The notes beneath the pieces were generated by a model. That model was not told the DNA's origin. It ran no database searches and saw nothing but the letters and a program-made list of their open reading frames with translations. DNA of 64,000 nt from an uncultured Holophagales bacterium. Lineage in GTDB: Bacteria; Acidobacteriota; Thermoanaerobaculia; Multivoradales; UBA5704. Position 1 is the first letter of the stretch. Each line of letters opens with the position of its first letter. Position numbers and translations under genes: made by a program. Below are positions 7,076-17,669 of the stretch, piece by piece. The DNA lies in assembly GCA_963842525.1 (NCBI GenBank), contig CAWJGT010000003.1:1312001-1376000 (forward strand), given 5' to 3'.

Positions 7076-9364
7076 ATGAGCACAGACACCCAAACCACCA
7101 ACCGCCTGGCCGGCGAGAGCAGCCCCTATCTCCTGCTCCATGCGCACAACCCCGTCGACTGGTACCCCTGGGGTCCCGAGGCCCTGGAGAAGGCGCGGCA
7201 GGAGGACAAGCCGATCTTCCTCTCGGTCGGGTACTCGACGTGCTACTGGTGCCACGTCATGGAGCGGGAGTCGTTCTCCAATCCCGCGGTCGCCGAGCGG
7301 ATGAACCGCGACTTCGTCAATATCAAGGTGGACCGGGAGGAGCGGCCGGACCTCGACGAGATCTATATGGCCGCCACCCAGATCCTCTCCGGCCAGGGGG
7401 GATGGCCCAACTCGGTCTTCCTGACTCCCGGCCTCAAGCCGTTCTATGCGGGGACCTACTTCCCGCCCGAGGACAAGTTCGGCCGGCCCGGGTTCGGCTC
7501 GCTCCTCCAGGGGCTCTCGGAGGCGTGGCAGGGCCGCCGGTCGGACGTCGAAGGCCAGGCCGAGGAGATGGAGAAGGCCATGCGCCGCTTCCTGGAGGAC
7601 CGGGCCCATCCGGCCGACGCTCCTCCCGGCGCTCATCTCGCCGCCCGGGCTCTCGACTCGCTCGCCCGCCGCTTCGACAGCCAGTGGGGCGGCTTCGGCG
7701 GCGCGCCTAAGTTTCCGACCCCGTCCAACCTCTATCTCGCTCTGGAGATGGCGGACGAGCGGCCGGAAGCCGGGCAGATGCTCGCCGCAACCCTTGATCA
7801 GATGGCGCGCGGCGGCATCTATGACCAACTCGGCGGCGGTTTCCACCGCTATGCCACGGACCGCGAGTGGAAGGTGCCGCACTTCGAGAAGATGCTCTAC
7901 GACAACGGCTTCCTCCTGGAGATCTATGCCCGTGAGCACGCCCGCACGGGCGACCGGCAGGCGGCCCGGATCGTCCGCGAGACCGCGGCCTGGATCGCCC
8001 GCGAGATGACCTCTCCCGAGGGCGCCTTCTGGAGCGCCATCGACGCCGAGACCCACGGCCACGAGGGGGCCTATTACGTGTGGAGCGCGGCCGAGCTGCG
8101 CGAGGCCCTGGGCGCGGAGGACGCGACGTTCCTCGCGCCTCTCCTCGGCTTCGATGGTCCGCCGTTCTTCGAGCAGACCCACTACGTCCTCCACCTGCCG
8201 CAGCGGCTGGAGGAGGCGGCGGAGCAGCGCCGGATGCCGGTGGACGAGCTGGAGCGCGAGGTGAAGCAATTCGAGGAAAAACTCCTCGCGGCCCGCTTCC
8301 GCCGCGACCGGCCGCTGACCGACGACAAGATCCTCGCCGACTGGAACGGCATGGCCATCTCGGGCCTGGCCGTGGCGGGCCAGCTCCTGAACGAGCCGTC
8401 CTTCGTCGAGCAGGCGGTCCGGGCGGCGGACTTCGTCCTCACCCGGATGCGTCCGTCCGGCGGGACGCTGCTCCATGCCTGGCGGCAGGGACAGGGCCAA
8501 GGGAAGGCAAAAATCCCGGCCTATCTGTCCGACTACGCTTTCTTCGTCCGCGGCCTGCTCGACCTGCACCGGGCCACAGGGGAAGAGCGCTGGCTCTCGG
8601 CCGCGGCCGAGCTGACGGAAGAGCAGATCGTGCGGCTGCGCGATCCCCAAGGCGGCTTCTTCGTGGCCGGCGAGAGCCCGGATCTCCTCTTCCGCAGCAA
8701 GGACGTGTTCGACGGCGCGACTCCGTCGGCCAACGCGGTCGCGGCGCTCAACCTCCTGGACCTTGCGGAGCGCACGGACGAGGGGGTCTGGCGGAACGGT
8801 GCGCGCGCCGCCCTCAAGGCTTTCGCGCCGCTCGCCGAGACGCACACCGAGGCCGTCCGCATGCTGGTGATCGCGGTGCGCCGCTACCATGCCACGGCGC
8901 AGGACGGCGACACGCTCGACGAGGGCACGGCCGAGGAGCACGCGGCCTGGGAGCGGTCTGCCGAGGCAACCGGAGTGGAGAAGCTCGCCGCCGCGGCCGG
9001 GTCGCTCGTCACCCCGGAGCTGCATCTGGACGAGGAGCGGGACGGCTGGCGTCCGTTCCGTCTGGCTTTGACCATCGAGCCCGGCTGGCATATCCAGGCG
9101 AACCCCGCCTCTGAGGAGTTCCTGGTCCCGACCACGGTCCGCGCCGAGGGAGCGCAGCTCCGGGGCCTCCACTATCCGCCGCCCCGGGAGCTGCCCTCGC
9201 GGATGTCCGAGAAGCCGCTCTCGGTCTGGGACGGCACGGTCGAGGTCACCGGCGAGCTCGGGGAGCTGACCCCCGGCGCCAGGCTTCACCTCACCTTCCA
9301 GCCCTGCGACGACCTCCGTTGTCTGCCGGAGGTGACGGAGGAGGTGGCGGTGCTGCCGATGTGA
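7076..9364 (+). CDS. YyaL/DUF255 thioredoxin-domain protein with C-terminal DsbD-N-like domain
   Basis: [37 protein letters not shown] and [10 protein letters not shown] motifs; C-terminal PGWHIQAN...[10 protein letters not shown]. Confidence 0.93.
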   Translation: MSTDTQTTNRLAGESSPYLLLHAHNPVDWYPWGPEALEKARQEDKPIFLSVGYSTCYWCHVMERESFSNPAVAERMNRDFVNIKVDREERPDLDEIYMAATQILSGQGGWPNSVFLTPGLKPFYAGTYFPPEDKFGRPGFGSLLQGLSEAWQGRRSDVEGQAEEMEKAMRRFLEDRAHPADAPPGAHLAARALDSLARRFDSQWGGFGGAPKFPTPSNLYLALEMADERPEAGQMLAATLDQMARGGIYDQLGGGFHRYATDREWKVPHFEKMLYDNGFLLEIYAREHARTGDRQAARIVRETAAWIAREMTSPEGAFWSAIDAETHGHEGAYYVWSAAELREALGAEDATFLAPLLGFDGPPFFEQTHYVLHLPQRLEEAAEQRRMPVDELEREVKQFEEKLLAARFRRDRPLTDDKILADWNGMAISGLAVAGQLLNEPSFVEQAVRAADFVLTRMRPSGGTLLHAWRQGQGQGKAKIPAYLSDYAFFVRGLLDLHRATGEERWLSAAAELTEEQIVRLRDPQGGFFVAGESPDLLFRSKDVFDGATPSANAVAALNLLDLAERTDEGVWRNGARAALKAFAPLAETHTEAVRMLVIAVRRYHATAQDGDTLDEGTAEEHAAWERSAEATGVEKLAAAAGSLVTPELHLDEERDGWRPFRLALTIEPGWHIQANPASEEFLVPTTVRAEGAQLRGLHYPPPRELPSRMSEKPLSVWDGTVEVTGELGELTPGARLHLTFQPCDDLRCLPEVTEEVAVLPM

Positions 9365-9567
9365 CCTCACCCCCTGTCCCCCTCTCCCGTCGCCCCCCCT
9401 TCCCCCGGGAGAGGGGGGACGTGGTTGTTGCTCTGAGGGGATAGCGGGCAGTTTCTTCTCAGAAACTCTTTCTCGAGAAAGCCTCGACCTCGCCTCCAAG
9501 CTCCAGCTACGTCCCCCCTCTCCCGGTCGGTGGGAGGGCGATGGGAGAGGGGGACAGGGGGTGAGGT
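9364..9567. repeat. Long inverted-repeat intergenic element (CCTCACCCCC...CCCTCTCCC family), copy A
   Basis: ACCTCACCCCCTGTCCCCCTCTCCC...GGGAGAGGGGGACAGGGGGTGAGGT. Confidence 0.88.
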
Positions 9568-9582
9568 TCCGCCGGGCATATA

Positions 9583-10965
9583 ATGCCGCTGACTATGTCC
9601 CTCCAACCTCGCCTTGCGCACCGGAACCGTCGCGCGGCAGCGTGCACCCTGCCTCTCGTCCTTGCCTCGCTCCTCCTCCCCTTGCTGAGCTTTGCCCAGC
9701 CGGCCGCATCAGGGCCGCAGGCGCCGCGGGAGGTGATCCTTGCGCGGGTGGATTCGATCATCCATCCGATTTCGGCGGAGCTGATCGAGGATGCGATCCG
9801 CGAGGCCGACCAGAGCGGGGCGGCGGCGGTGGTGATCCAGCTCAGCACGCCCGGCGGTCTCATGACCTCGACCCGGAAGATCACCACCGCGATGCTGGGT
9901 GCGCGGACCCCGGTGGTGGTTTATGTGGCGCCCGATGGGGCCCAGTCCGCCTCGGCCGGGTTCTTCATCCTGATGGCGGCCGATGTGGCGGCCATGGCCC
10001 CGAACACCAACACGGGAGCGGCGCACCCGGTGGGCGGACAGGGCGAGGACATCGAAGGCAATATGGGGAAGAAGGCGGAGCAGGACGCCGCGGCCAACAT
10101 CCGGGCGCTCGCCGCGCGCAACGGCCGCAACGTGCAGCTCGCCGAGAAGGCGGTGGTGGAGAGCCTGTCCTTCACGGCCCGGGAGGCCCTCCGGTCCCGG
10201 CTGATCGAGGTCGTCGCGCGCGACCTCCCGCAGCTCCTGCGCACCCTTGACGGCCGGCAGGTCCGCAAGGGCGCCGGGACGGTGACCCTCCACACCGCGG
10301 ACGCCACCGTGCGCGAGGTCGAGATGTCGCCGCTGCGCAAGTTCCTCGCCCACATCGCGGACCCGAACATCGCCTACATGCTGCTCACCTTGGGAGGGCT
10401 CGGCATCTACTTCGAGCTGATGAACCCGGGCTCCATCCTGCCCGGCGTGGTGGGCGGCATCTGCCTGATCCTCGCCTTCTTCGCGCTGTCGATCCTGCCG
10501 GTCAATGCCGCCGGCCTGGCTCTCCTCTTCCTCGCCCTGATCTTTTTCATCGCGGAGATCAAGGTGGTCAGCCACGGCGTGCTCGGCATCGGCGGCGTCA
10601 TCTCGCTGGTGATCGGCTCGCTGATGCTGTTCAAGACGCCGGATTCGGTGCTGCGGGTGAGCTTCGGGATCATCGGCAGCCTGACTCTCTTCGCCGCGGC
10701 CCTCGTGGGGCTGTTGCTCTTCATGGCCGTGCGGGTGCAGCGCGAGCCCGTGCGGACGGGAGTCGAGGGGCTCCTCCACGAGCGGGGGACCGCCCGCACG
10801 CCTCTCGAGCCGCGCGGCAAGGTGCTCATCCATGGCGAGATCTGGGATGCCGTGGCCGAGGCCCCTGTCGGCTCCGGCGACACCGTCGAAGTCGTGGGCG
10901 TGCGCAATCTGACCCTGCTGGTCCGGCCCCAGAGACCGGACCTTACCCTCTCAAGCCAGGTATAG
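9583..10965 (+). CDS. nfeD: NfeD family membrane-bound serine protease
   Basis: LSTPGGL, SASAG and TNTGAAHPV motifs, a TM region, and C-terminal GKVLIHGEIWDA; directly upstream of a slipin gene. Exact start uncertain. Confidence 0.92.
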   Translation: MPLTMSLQPRLAHRNRRAAACTLPLVLASLLLPLLSFAQPAASGPQAPREVILARVDSIIHPISAELIEDAIREADQSGAAAVVIQLSTPGGLMTSTRKITTAMLGARTPVVVYVAPDGAQSASAGFFILMAADVAAMAPNTNTGAAHPVGGQGEDIEGNMGKKAEQDAAANIRALAARNGRNVQLAEKAVVESLSFTAREALRSRLIEVVARDLPQLLRTLDGRQVRKGAGTVTLHTADATVREVEMSPLRKFLAHIADPNIAYMLLTLGGLGIYFELMNPGSILPGVVGGICLILAFFALSILPVNAAGLALLFLALIFFIAEIKVVSHGVLGIGGVISLVIGSLMLFKTPDSVLRVSFGIIGSLTLFAAALVGLLLFMAVRVQREPVRTGVEGLLHERGTARTPLEPRGKVLIHGEIWDAVAEAPVGSGDTVEVVGVRNLTLLVRPQRPDLTLSSQV

Positions 10966-10980
10966 CGGAAGGGAGATGCC

Positions 10981-11736
10981 ATGGAAAGCTTTTACGGGCC
11001 GGGCCTGATCGTCATCATCGGGCTGTTCATCCTGTCGCGCTGGATCAACATCCTCAACGAATACGAGCGCGCCGTCACCTTCTGGCTCGGCCGCCTGTCG
11101 CGCCAGCCCAAGGGACCCGGGCTGGTCTTCATCTTCTGGCCCTTCGAGAAGATGGTGAAGGTCTCGCTGCGCACGATCGTGCTCGACGTGCCGCCGCAGG
11201 ACGTCATCACGCGGGACAACGTCTCGGTCAAGGTCAACGCGGTGCTCTACTTCCGCGTGGTGGAGCCAGCGAAGGCCATCGTCGAGGTCGAGAACTTCCT
11301 CTACGCCACCAGCCAGCTCGCGCAGACGACGTTGCGGTCGGTGCTCGGTCAGGCCGAGCTCGACGATCTGCTGTCCGCGCGGGAACAGCTCAACTCCAAG
11401 CTCCAGGAGATCATCGACACGCACACCGACCCCTGGGGGATCAAGGTCTCCATGGTGGAGGTCAAGCACGTCGACCTGCCGCAGGAGATGCAGCGGGCCA
11501 TGGCGCGCCAGGCGGAGGCCGAGCGCGAAAAACGCGCTAAGATCATCCACGCCGAGGGCGAGCTGCAGGCGTCGCACAAGCTCGGCGAGGCGGCCGAGAT
11601 CTTCGGGCAGAACGCCGTGACCCTGCAGCTCCGCTACCTGCAGACGCTGGTGGAAATCTCCGCGGAGAAGAACTCGACGATCATCTTCCCGCTGCCGATC
11701 GATCTCATCAGGGCGTTCCTCGGCCGTGAACCGTAA
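10981..11736 (+). CDS. Slipin / SPFH (stomatin-like) protein
   Basis: [41 protein letters not shown] and LQLRYLQTL motifs. Confidence 0.95.
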   Translation: MESFYGPGLIVIIGLFILSRWINILNEYERAVTFWLGRLSRQPKGPGLVFIFWPFEKMVKVSLRTIVLDVPPQDVITRDNVSVKVNAVLYFRVVEPAKAIVEVENFLYATSQLAQTTLRSVLGQAELDDLLSAREQLNSKLQEIIDTHTDPWGIKVSMVEVKHVDLPQEMQRAMARQAEAEREKRAKIIHAEGELQASHKLGEAAEIFGQNAVTLQLRYLQTLVEISAEKNSTIIFPLPIDLIRAFLGREP

Positions 11737-11753
11737 GAAGCTTCGGAGATGAT

Positions 11754-12500
11754 GTGACGAATTCCCACGAGCCCAGCTACTACGAGATCGCTCTGACCAA
11801 CCGTCAGGTGATCGTCGCCTTCGTGATCCTCCTCCTCTGCCTTGTGGGCGCGTTCTTCTCGGGCGTCTGGATCGGCCGCGAGAGCGGTGTGCGGGCGGCC
11901 GATCAGATGGTCCGCAACACGCCGCCGCAGCAGGAGGAAGAGACGAAGGAAGGGCAGAACCTCGAGGAGCTCGAGTTCTTCGAGTCCGACCAGGCGCAGG
12001 GGAGCCCCGCGCAGCCGCCGGCGGAGCCGACGCCCCGGCCCGAGCAGACCGGCACCACCCTGGCGGAAGACTTCGGCGCCGGCGAGGAGGAGGGGGAGGA
12101 GGAGCCCGCCCCGCGGAGGGTCGAGCCGACCCCGGCGCCCGCGCGTCCGGACCGTACGCCGGACAAGCCTCGGGTGACCTTCCCGGAAGAGGGGGGCGAG
12201 GAGCCGGCGCGCCCGCAGCGGACCACGCCCCCGTCTCCTACCCCTGTGCCCGCTGCGGACACCGCGGCGGGGCGGATGGTGATCCAGGTCTTCTCGTCGT
12301 CCGAGAAGGACCAGGCGGAGAAGATCCGCGAGCGGCTGGCGGGGGGAGGCCACAAGGCCTACCTCTCGCCGGTCGAGGTCGGCGGACGCACCATGTATCG
12401 TGTCCGCATCGGACCCTTCGATACGCGTGACCGGGCTCAGAAGGTCGCCGAGCAGGTGCGCAAGGGATTCAAGCTCGACACCTGGGTCACCGAGGAGTGA
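11754..12500 (+). CDS. SPOR domain protein (FtsN/DedD-like)
   Basis: Single TM segment, Pro/Glu-rich linker, C-terminal IQVFSS...YRVRIGPF SPOR domain. Confidence 0.88.
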   Translation: MTNSHEPSYYEIALTNRQVIVAFVILLLCLVGAFFSGVWIGRESGVRAADQMVRNTPPQQEEETKEGQNLEELEFFESDQAQGSPAQPPAEPTPRPEQTGTTLAEDFGAGEEEGEEEPAPRRVEPTPAPARPDRTPDKPRVTFPEEGGEEPARPQRTTPPSPTPVPAADTAAGRMVIQVFSSSEKDQAEKIRERLAGGGHKAYLSPVEVGGRTMYRVRIGPFDTRDRAQKVAEQVRKGFKLDTWVTEE

Positions 12501-14011
12501 TCCCCTACCTCGTCGCCATCGTTGGCGGCGTCCTGTGGGGGCTGTGCTTCGGCCGCGACCCGTTCGAGGTCGCCTCCTGGTTTGCGCTCGCTCCGCTGTT
12601 CCTGCTTTTCCGTTTTCGCAACGCCGGCCGGCTCGCCTTCGTCCACGGCTTCGTGGGCTGGATGGTGGCGCTGTTCTGGATCTCGCCGACCCTGGTGTCC
12701 TACGGCGGCATCGCTTGGCCCCTGGCGGTTCCGCTGAACGGTCTGCTCGCGGCCTATCTCGCGGGCTTCCAGGCGGTCTTCGGCTGGCTCGGCGGTCGGA
12801 TCTGGCGGCAATTTCCGGGGTGGCCGGGTTGGCGGCTGCTCGCCCTGCCCGCGCTCTGGGTGGCCCTCGAATGGCTGCGCACCTATCTCTTCGGCGGTTT
12901 TCCCTGGAACCTCGCGGCCTACGCCTGGGTGGACGTGGCGGGGGCCCTGCCGCTCGCCGCGTGGACCGGTCCGTACGGGATCTCGTTCCTGGTCCTGCTG
13001 ACGAGCGTGGGGGTGGCGGCCGCTGTGGAGAGCCGGCGGTGGGAGCCGGTCGCCGTCGCGTTCGCGGTGCCGCTGCTCCTCCTGCCCGTCGCGGCCCGCT
13101 GGAGCACGCGCCTGTCGGAAGCCGATGCCCTGGCGACGCAGGCATTGCCCGAGGTGGGCCTGCCGGTGCGGCTGCTCCAGCCGAACATCCCGAACCTGAC
13201 TGTCTGGGACGAGCAGGCGGTGCTCCGCAACTACCGCAAGGTGATCGACCTTTCGACGAAGAATTGCCGGCCCGGTACCCTGGTCATCTGGCCCGAGAGC
13301 GCGGCCTGGCCCTTCTCCTATGCGCGGGACCCTGCCCTGGCTCAGGACCTCCAGGAGATGGTGGCGCGGGGCTGCACCGTGCTCTTCAATTCGAGCCATC
13401 CGGTGGGTGATTCGTTTTACAACTCGGCCTATCTCCTGGCGCCCGGGGGGAGGGTGGCGCGCTACGACAAGCGGCACCTGGTGCCATTCGGCGAGTACAT
13501 CCCTTTCAAGGGGCTCTTCTCCTGGATGGACAAGCTGGCGAGGAATGCCGGAGACTTCCGCCGGGCCGATCAGCTCACCCTGCTGGACCTGCCGCTGCGG
13601 GAGGACAAGCTCGGCATGTCCATCTGCTACGAGATCGTCTTCCCCGACGAGGTCGTGGACCTCACGCGCGCCGGGGCCACGATCCTGGTGACGATCACCA
13701 ATGACGCCTGGTATGGCGACACGGCCGCGCCGTGGCAGCACTTCCGCGCCGCCCGCTTCCGCGCCGCCGAGAACCGCCGGCCGCTGCTGCGCGCCGCCAT
13801 CACCGGCGTCTCCGCCGTGGTCGGCTCGGACGGCTCGGTCTGGGAGCAGATCGACGTCTTCCAGGAAGGCGTCATCAGCCGCTGGGTCGTCGGCAAGAGC
13901 GGCCTCACCCCCTACGCCCGGCAACCCTGGCTGGTGCCGATCCTGTGCACGCTGGTGGCGGTGGTGGCGGTTTCCATGGTATATTTTGCCCGCGGGCGCG
14001 CCGAAGGCTGA
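12497..14011 (+). CDS. lnt: Apolipoprotein N-acyltransferase
   Basis: GGFPWN, WPESA, YDKRHLVPFGEY, ICYEIVF and TNDAWYG motifs. Confidence 0.96.
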   Translation: MIPYLVAIVGGVLWGLCFGRDPFEVASWFALAPLFLLFRFRNAGRLAFVHGFVGWMVALFWISPTLVSYGGIAWPLAVPLNGLLAAYLAGFQAVFGWLGGRIWRQFPGWPGWRLLALPALWVALEWLRTYLFGGFPWNLAAYAWVDVAGALPLAAWTGPYGISFLVLLTSVGVAAAVESRRWEPVAVAFAVPLLLLPVAARWSTRLSEADALATQALPEVGLPVRLLQPNIPNLTVWDEQAVLRNYRKVIDLSTKNCRPGTLVIWPESAAWPFSYARDPALAQDLQEMVARGCTVLFNSSHPVGDSFYNSAYLLAPGGRVARYDKRHLVPFGEYIPFKGLFSWMDKLARNAGDFRRADQLTLLDLPLREDKLGMSICYEIVFPDEVVDLTRAGATILVTITNDAWYGDTAAPWQHFRAARFRAAENRRPLLRAAITGVSAVVGSDGSVWEQIDVFQEGVISRWVVGKSGLTPYARQPWLVPILCTLVAVVAVSMVYFARGRAEG

Positions 14012-14034
14012 CCGGGCTGCTCAGGAGGTGGGAG

Positions 14035-14286
14035 ATGGTCAAAGCAACCTTGAGGGCTGGCGTCATTCAGCCAGAGTCCATCTTGCCGGATAACTGGTCA
14101 GAGGGGCAGGAGCTCATCATAGAGGCTGCTCCCCCCGTCCCGGACGACCTCGACGCATGGTCGCGAGAGATCGATGAAATGGCCTCGAAGATCCCTCCAG
14201 AGGACTTTGAGCGCCTGCAGGCTGCACTGGCCGAGGCCAACCGGGAGGCCAAGGAATACGTCCGGCGGCAAATGGGCCTGAGCTGA
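14035..14286 (+). CDS. Putative antitoxin
   Basis: 83 aa MVKATLRAGVIQPESILPDNWSEGQELII...; RBS upstream; ends 2 bp before a PIN gene. Confidence 0.72.
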   Translation: MVKATLRAGVIQPESILPDNWSEGQELIIEAAPPVPDDLDAWSREIDEMASKIPPEDFERLQAALAEANREAKEYVRRQMGLS

Positions 14287-14288
14287 GC

Positions 14289-14687
14289 GTGCAATTTCTC
14301 CTGGACACCAACCATCTGAGCGTCGCGGTTACGCCGGGTTCCCATCTGCGGGAACGCATTGTGTGGATGCAGAAGATGGGGGCTCGGATAGGGACCTGTG
14401 TTCCTGCTCTGTGTGAGCTGGAGAGGGGGATTCCGCGCGTTCGCGATCCTCAGTACTACCGCAAGATCCTGTCGCGGTTCCTCGAGAAAATTCAGATCTG
14501 GCCCCTGGATCTGACCACAGCACGGCTCTACGGTGATGTCTTTCATCAGCTCCAGCGCCGCGGTTGCGTCTGCTCTCAGGTCGATATGATGCTGGCAGCC
14601 CTCGCACGCCAGTGCGGCATGACCCTCCTCACTTCGGATAAGGACTTCGACGCCCTCCCGGAGCTTTCCGTCGAGAACTGGCTCTGA
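14289..14687 (+). CDS. VapC family PIN toxin
   Basis: FLLDTNHLS, LCELERG, VDMMLAALA and LLTSDKDF motifs. Confidence 0.92.
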   Translation: MQFLLDTNHLSVAVTPGSHLRERIVWMQKMGARIGTCVPALCELERGIPRVRDPQYYRKILSRFLEKIQIWPLDLTTARLYGDVFHQLQRRGCVCSQVDMMLAALARQCGMTLLTSDKDFDALPELSVENWL

Positions 14688-14745
14688 ATTCCGCGGGAAT
14701 AGACGCCCCGCCGGTTACGATATATTCGCCGGGAGGAGAACGACC

Positions 14746-15866
14746 ATGATTGCCTCTGACGTTCAACAGCGGATCGACATGCTCGCCGAGCAGCTCACCA
14801 ATATCCGGGGGTATCTTTGAAGAAGCCGGCCTCGAGCAGCAGATGTCGGACATCGACCGGCAGATGCAGCAGGACGGCTTCTGGAACAACCCCACCCAGC
14901 ACGCGTCCATCATGCAGCAGCGCCGCCAGCTCGAGCGGCGCATCCAGACCCTGAACCGCCTGCGCTCTGACGCCGACGAGCTCGAGACCTGGCGCCAGCT
15001 CTTGGAGGAGGGCGAGTCCGACGACGAATTCGGCCGCTTCCTCGACCGGCTCCAGGGAGAGCTGGAAAAGCTGGAGCTGGAAGCTCAAGCTCTCCGGGCC
15101 CGATGACGACAAGAACGCCATCGTCGCCATCCACCCCGGCGCCGGCGGCACCGAGTCCCAGGACTGGGCCGAGATGCTCCTGCGCATGTACCTGCGCTGG
15201 GCCGAGCAGCACGACCATCAAGTCGAAATGCTCGACCGGCAGGAGGGCGAGGAGGCCGGCATCAAGAGCGCCGTCTTCGCCGTCCGCGGTCCCAACGCCT
15301 ATGGTTACCTTTCGGGCGAGGCCGGCGTCCACCGCCTGGTGCGCATCAGCCCGTTCAACTTCCAGGCGCGGCGCCACACCTCCTTCGCCTCGGTCGACGT
15401 CTATCCGGAGGTCGACGACACCATCGAGATCAACATCGACGACAAGGACCTGAAGATCGACACCTACCGGTCCTCGGGGGCCGGCGGCCAGCACGTCAAC
15501 AAGACCGAATCGGCAGTGCGCATCACCCATATGCCGAGCGGGATCGTGGTGGCCTGCCAGAACGAGCGGAGCCAGATCAAGAACCGGGCGATGGCCATGA
15601 AGGTCCTGCGCTCGCGGCTGTACGACCGCGAGATGCAGAAGCGCCAGGCCGAGCAAGCCGAGCGCGAGGGCAAGAAGATGGACAACTCCTGGGGCAGCCA
15701 GATCCGCAGCTACGTCCTCCACCCCTACCGTCTGGTGAAGGACCACCGCACCGGCGCCGAGGTCGGCGACGCCAGCCGGGTCCTGGACGGCAACGTCGAT
15801 CCCTTCATCGAAGCCTGGCTCAAGGGGCAGATGGCTGCTCCGGGCAAGGACGATCTGGCGTTCTAA
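14746..15866 (+). CDS. prfB: Peptide chain release factor 2 (programmed +1 frameshift, plus a second apparent indel near 15080)
   Basis: [24 protein letters not shown], then CTT-TGA; [31 protein letters not shown] and WGSQIRSY motifs. Confidence 0.95.
14805..14821 (+). promoter_or_regulatory. RF2 programmed +1 ribosomal frameshift site
   Basis: CCGGGGGTATCTTTGAA: internal SD-like GGGGG, CTT at 14815 (codon 24), TGA at 14818. Confidence 0.93.
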
Positions 15867-15890
15867 CCTCCGCGAGCGGGGGAGCGTGTT

Positions 15891-17491
15891 GTGTTCCACC
15901 TCGACTACGTCTCCCCCCTCCCACCCGTCCGCTCCGGCATCGCCGACTACAGCGTCGACCTGCTGCCGCATCTGTCGGCACTGGCCGACGTGCGCCTGAT
16001 CCGACTGCCCGGCCAGCCGGTCGCTCCAGAGGTCGAAGCGCAATGGCCGGTCGCCGGGCTCGAGCAGGCCGGTGGGGACAAAGCTGGCGAGCGCCTCCCT
16101 CTCTACCAGATGGGCAACAACCGCTGGCACGAGGGGGTGCTCGACCTCGCGCTGCGTCTCCCCGGGGTGCTGACCCTGCACGACATCCTGCTGCACCACA
16201 TCCTGCTCGACGTCACCCTGGGCCGCCATCTCTTCGATCCCTATGTCGAGCGGCTGCGCGCCGATCACGGCTGGGTCGGGGAGACCGCGGCGGTGGTGAA
16301 GCGCTGGGGAGCCTGGGGGGACGCGCCGGTCTTCGCCCTGCCGGCCCACCGGACCCTCCTGCGGCGCCAGCGCGGCGTGCTCGTCCACAGCCAGTGGGCC
16401 GCGGGGGTGATCCGGGAGGAGGACCCCGAGATCCGCGTGCGCGCCCTCTCCATGGGCATTCCGATGCCGCCGCCGGTCGATCCGGCGGCCGGGCGCCGCC
16501 TCCGCGTGCGCTTCGGGCTCCCGCTCGACCAGCCGGTCCTCGGCTCCTTCGGGTTCCAGACGCCCATCAAGCGGACCGGCGCGGTGATCCGCGCCCTGGC
16601 CGCGCCCGGGCTCGAGCGGGTCCATCTGCTGATCGTCGGCGAGGTCTCGCCCATGATCGATCTCCTGAAGGACGCCCGCCAGGCCGGCGTGGCCGACCGG
16701 GTCCACCTCACCGATTTCCTGCCCTACGAGGACTTCGAGGCCGCCATCGCGGCCGTCGACCTCTGCCTGAACCTTCGCTATCCGACCGCCGGCGAGACCT
16801 CTGCGTCCCTGCTGCGGGTGATGGCCCTGGGCTGCCCGGCCGTGGTCTCGGACTACGCCCAGTTCACGGACCTTCCCCGTGAAATCGCCCTGCGGGTGCC
16901 GCTGGGGGACGAGGAAGCGGAGGCCCTGCCGGCGCTTCTGCGCGAGCTGCTGACCGATCCGGCCCGCCTGCGGGCCATGGGGGAGGCCGCACGCGAGCAC
17001 GTGCGGACCCAACACGACCCGGCGCGGTCGGCCGCCGCGGTGATCGAGGCCGTCGAGGAGTGGCGCGACCTGCCGCCGCCGGGAGACCTGCCGGGAGGAA
17101 AGCCCGACGTGCCGCCGCCGAGCAGCCTCGCCTGGGGGCGGCTCGAAGGCACGATGGAGATCCAGGGAGCCGATCTCCCCTGGCCCGCTGGAGAGCGGCG
17201 GCGGCTCCGCATCCGGTTGCGCAACACCGGCTTCGCCCGCTGGCTAGCGGGAGAGAAGGGGCCGGGCGGCATCGCCGTGGTGGTCAAGCTCTTCGCGGAT
17301 GGAGGAGGACCTCCTCGCGAACCGCCGCTGGCTCGCCCTGCCGCGCGACCTGCTGCCCGGCGAGGAGGCGGTCTTCGAGACCGACGTGCGCCGGCCCCCT
17401 GGGCCGTCCTGGCTCTGGATCGAGCCGCACCTGTTCGGCGGGCTTGGGCATCTCGAAGTACGGCGGGCCGTATTGGGAGCGGCGGCTGTGA
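15891..17491 (+). CDS. Glycosyltransferase family 4 protein (two apparent frameshifts near 17300 and 17445)
   Basis: SPLPPVRSGIADYS, YQMGNN, LTLHD and NLRYPTAGETSASLLR motifs. The C-terminus reassembles across frames as EDLLANRRWLALP...EPHLFGG-LGISKYGGPYWERRL*. Confidence 0.82.
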
Positions 17492-17496
17492 GAGCC

Positions 17497-17637
17497 CCTC
17501 ACCCCCGGACCCCCCTCTCCCATCCCCCTCCCGATCCGCCGGGAGAGGGGAGAAGAGCCAGGCAGATGTCTTTGAAACTAATACTCCCCTCTCCCGGGGG
17601 CGAAGGGTGGGAGATGGGAGAGGGGCCGGGGGTGAGG
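17497..17637. repeat. Long inverted-repeat intergenic element, copy B
   Basis: CCTCACCCCCGGACCCCCCTCTCCC...GGGAGAGGGGCCGGGGGTGAGG. Confidence 0.82.
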
Positions 17638-17669
17638 ACAGCGCGTCCGGCCGGCCTGGAGATCGCCTG

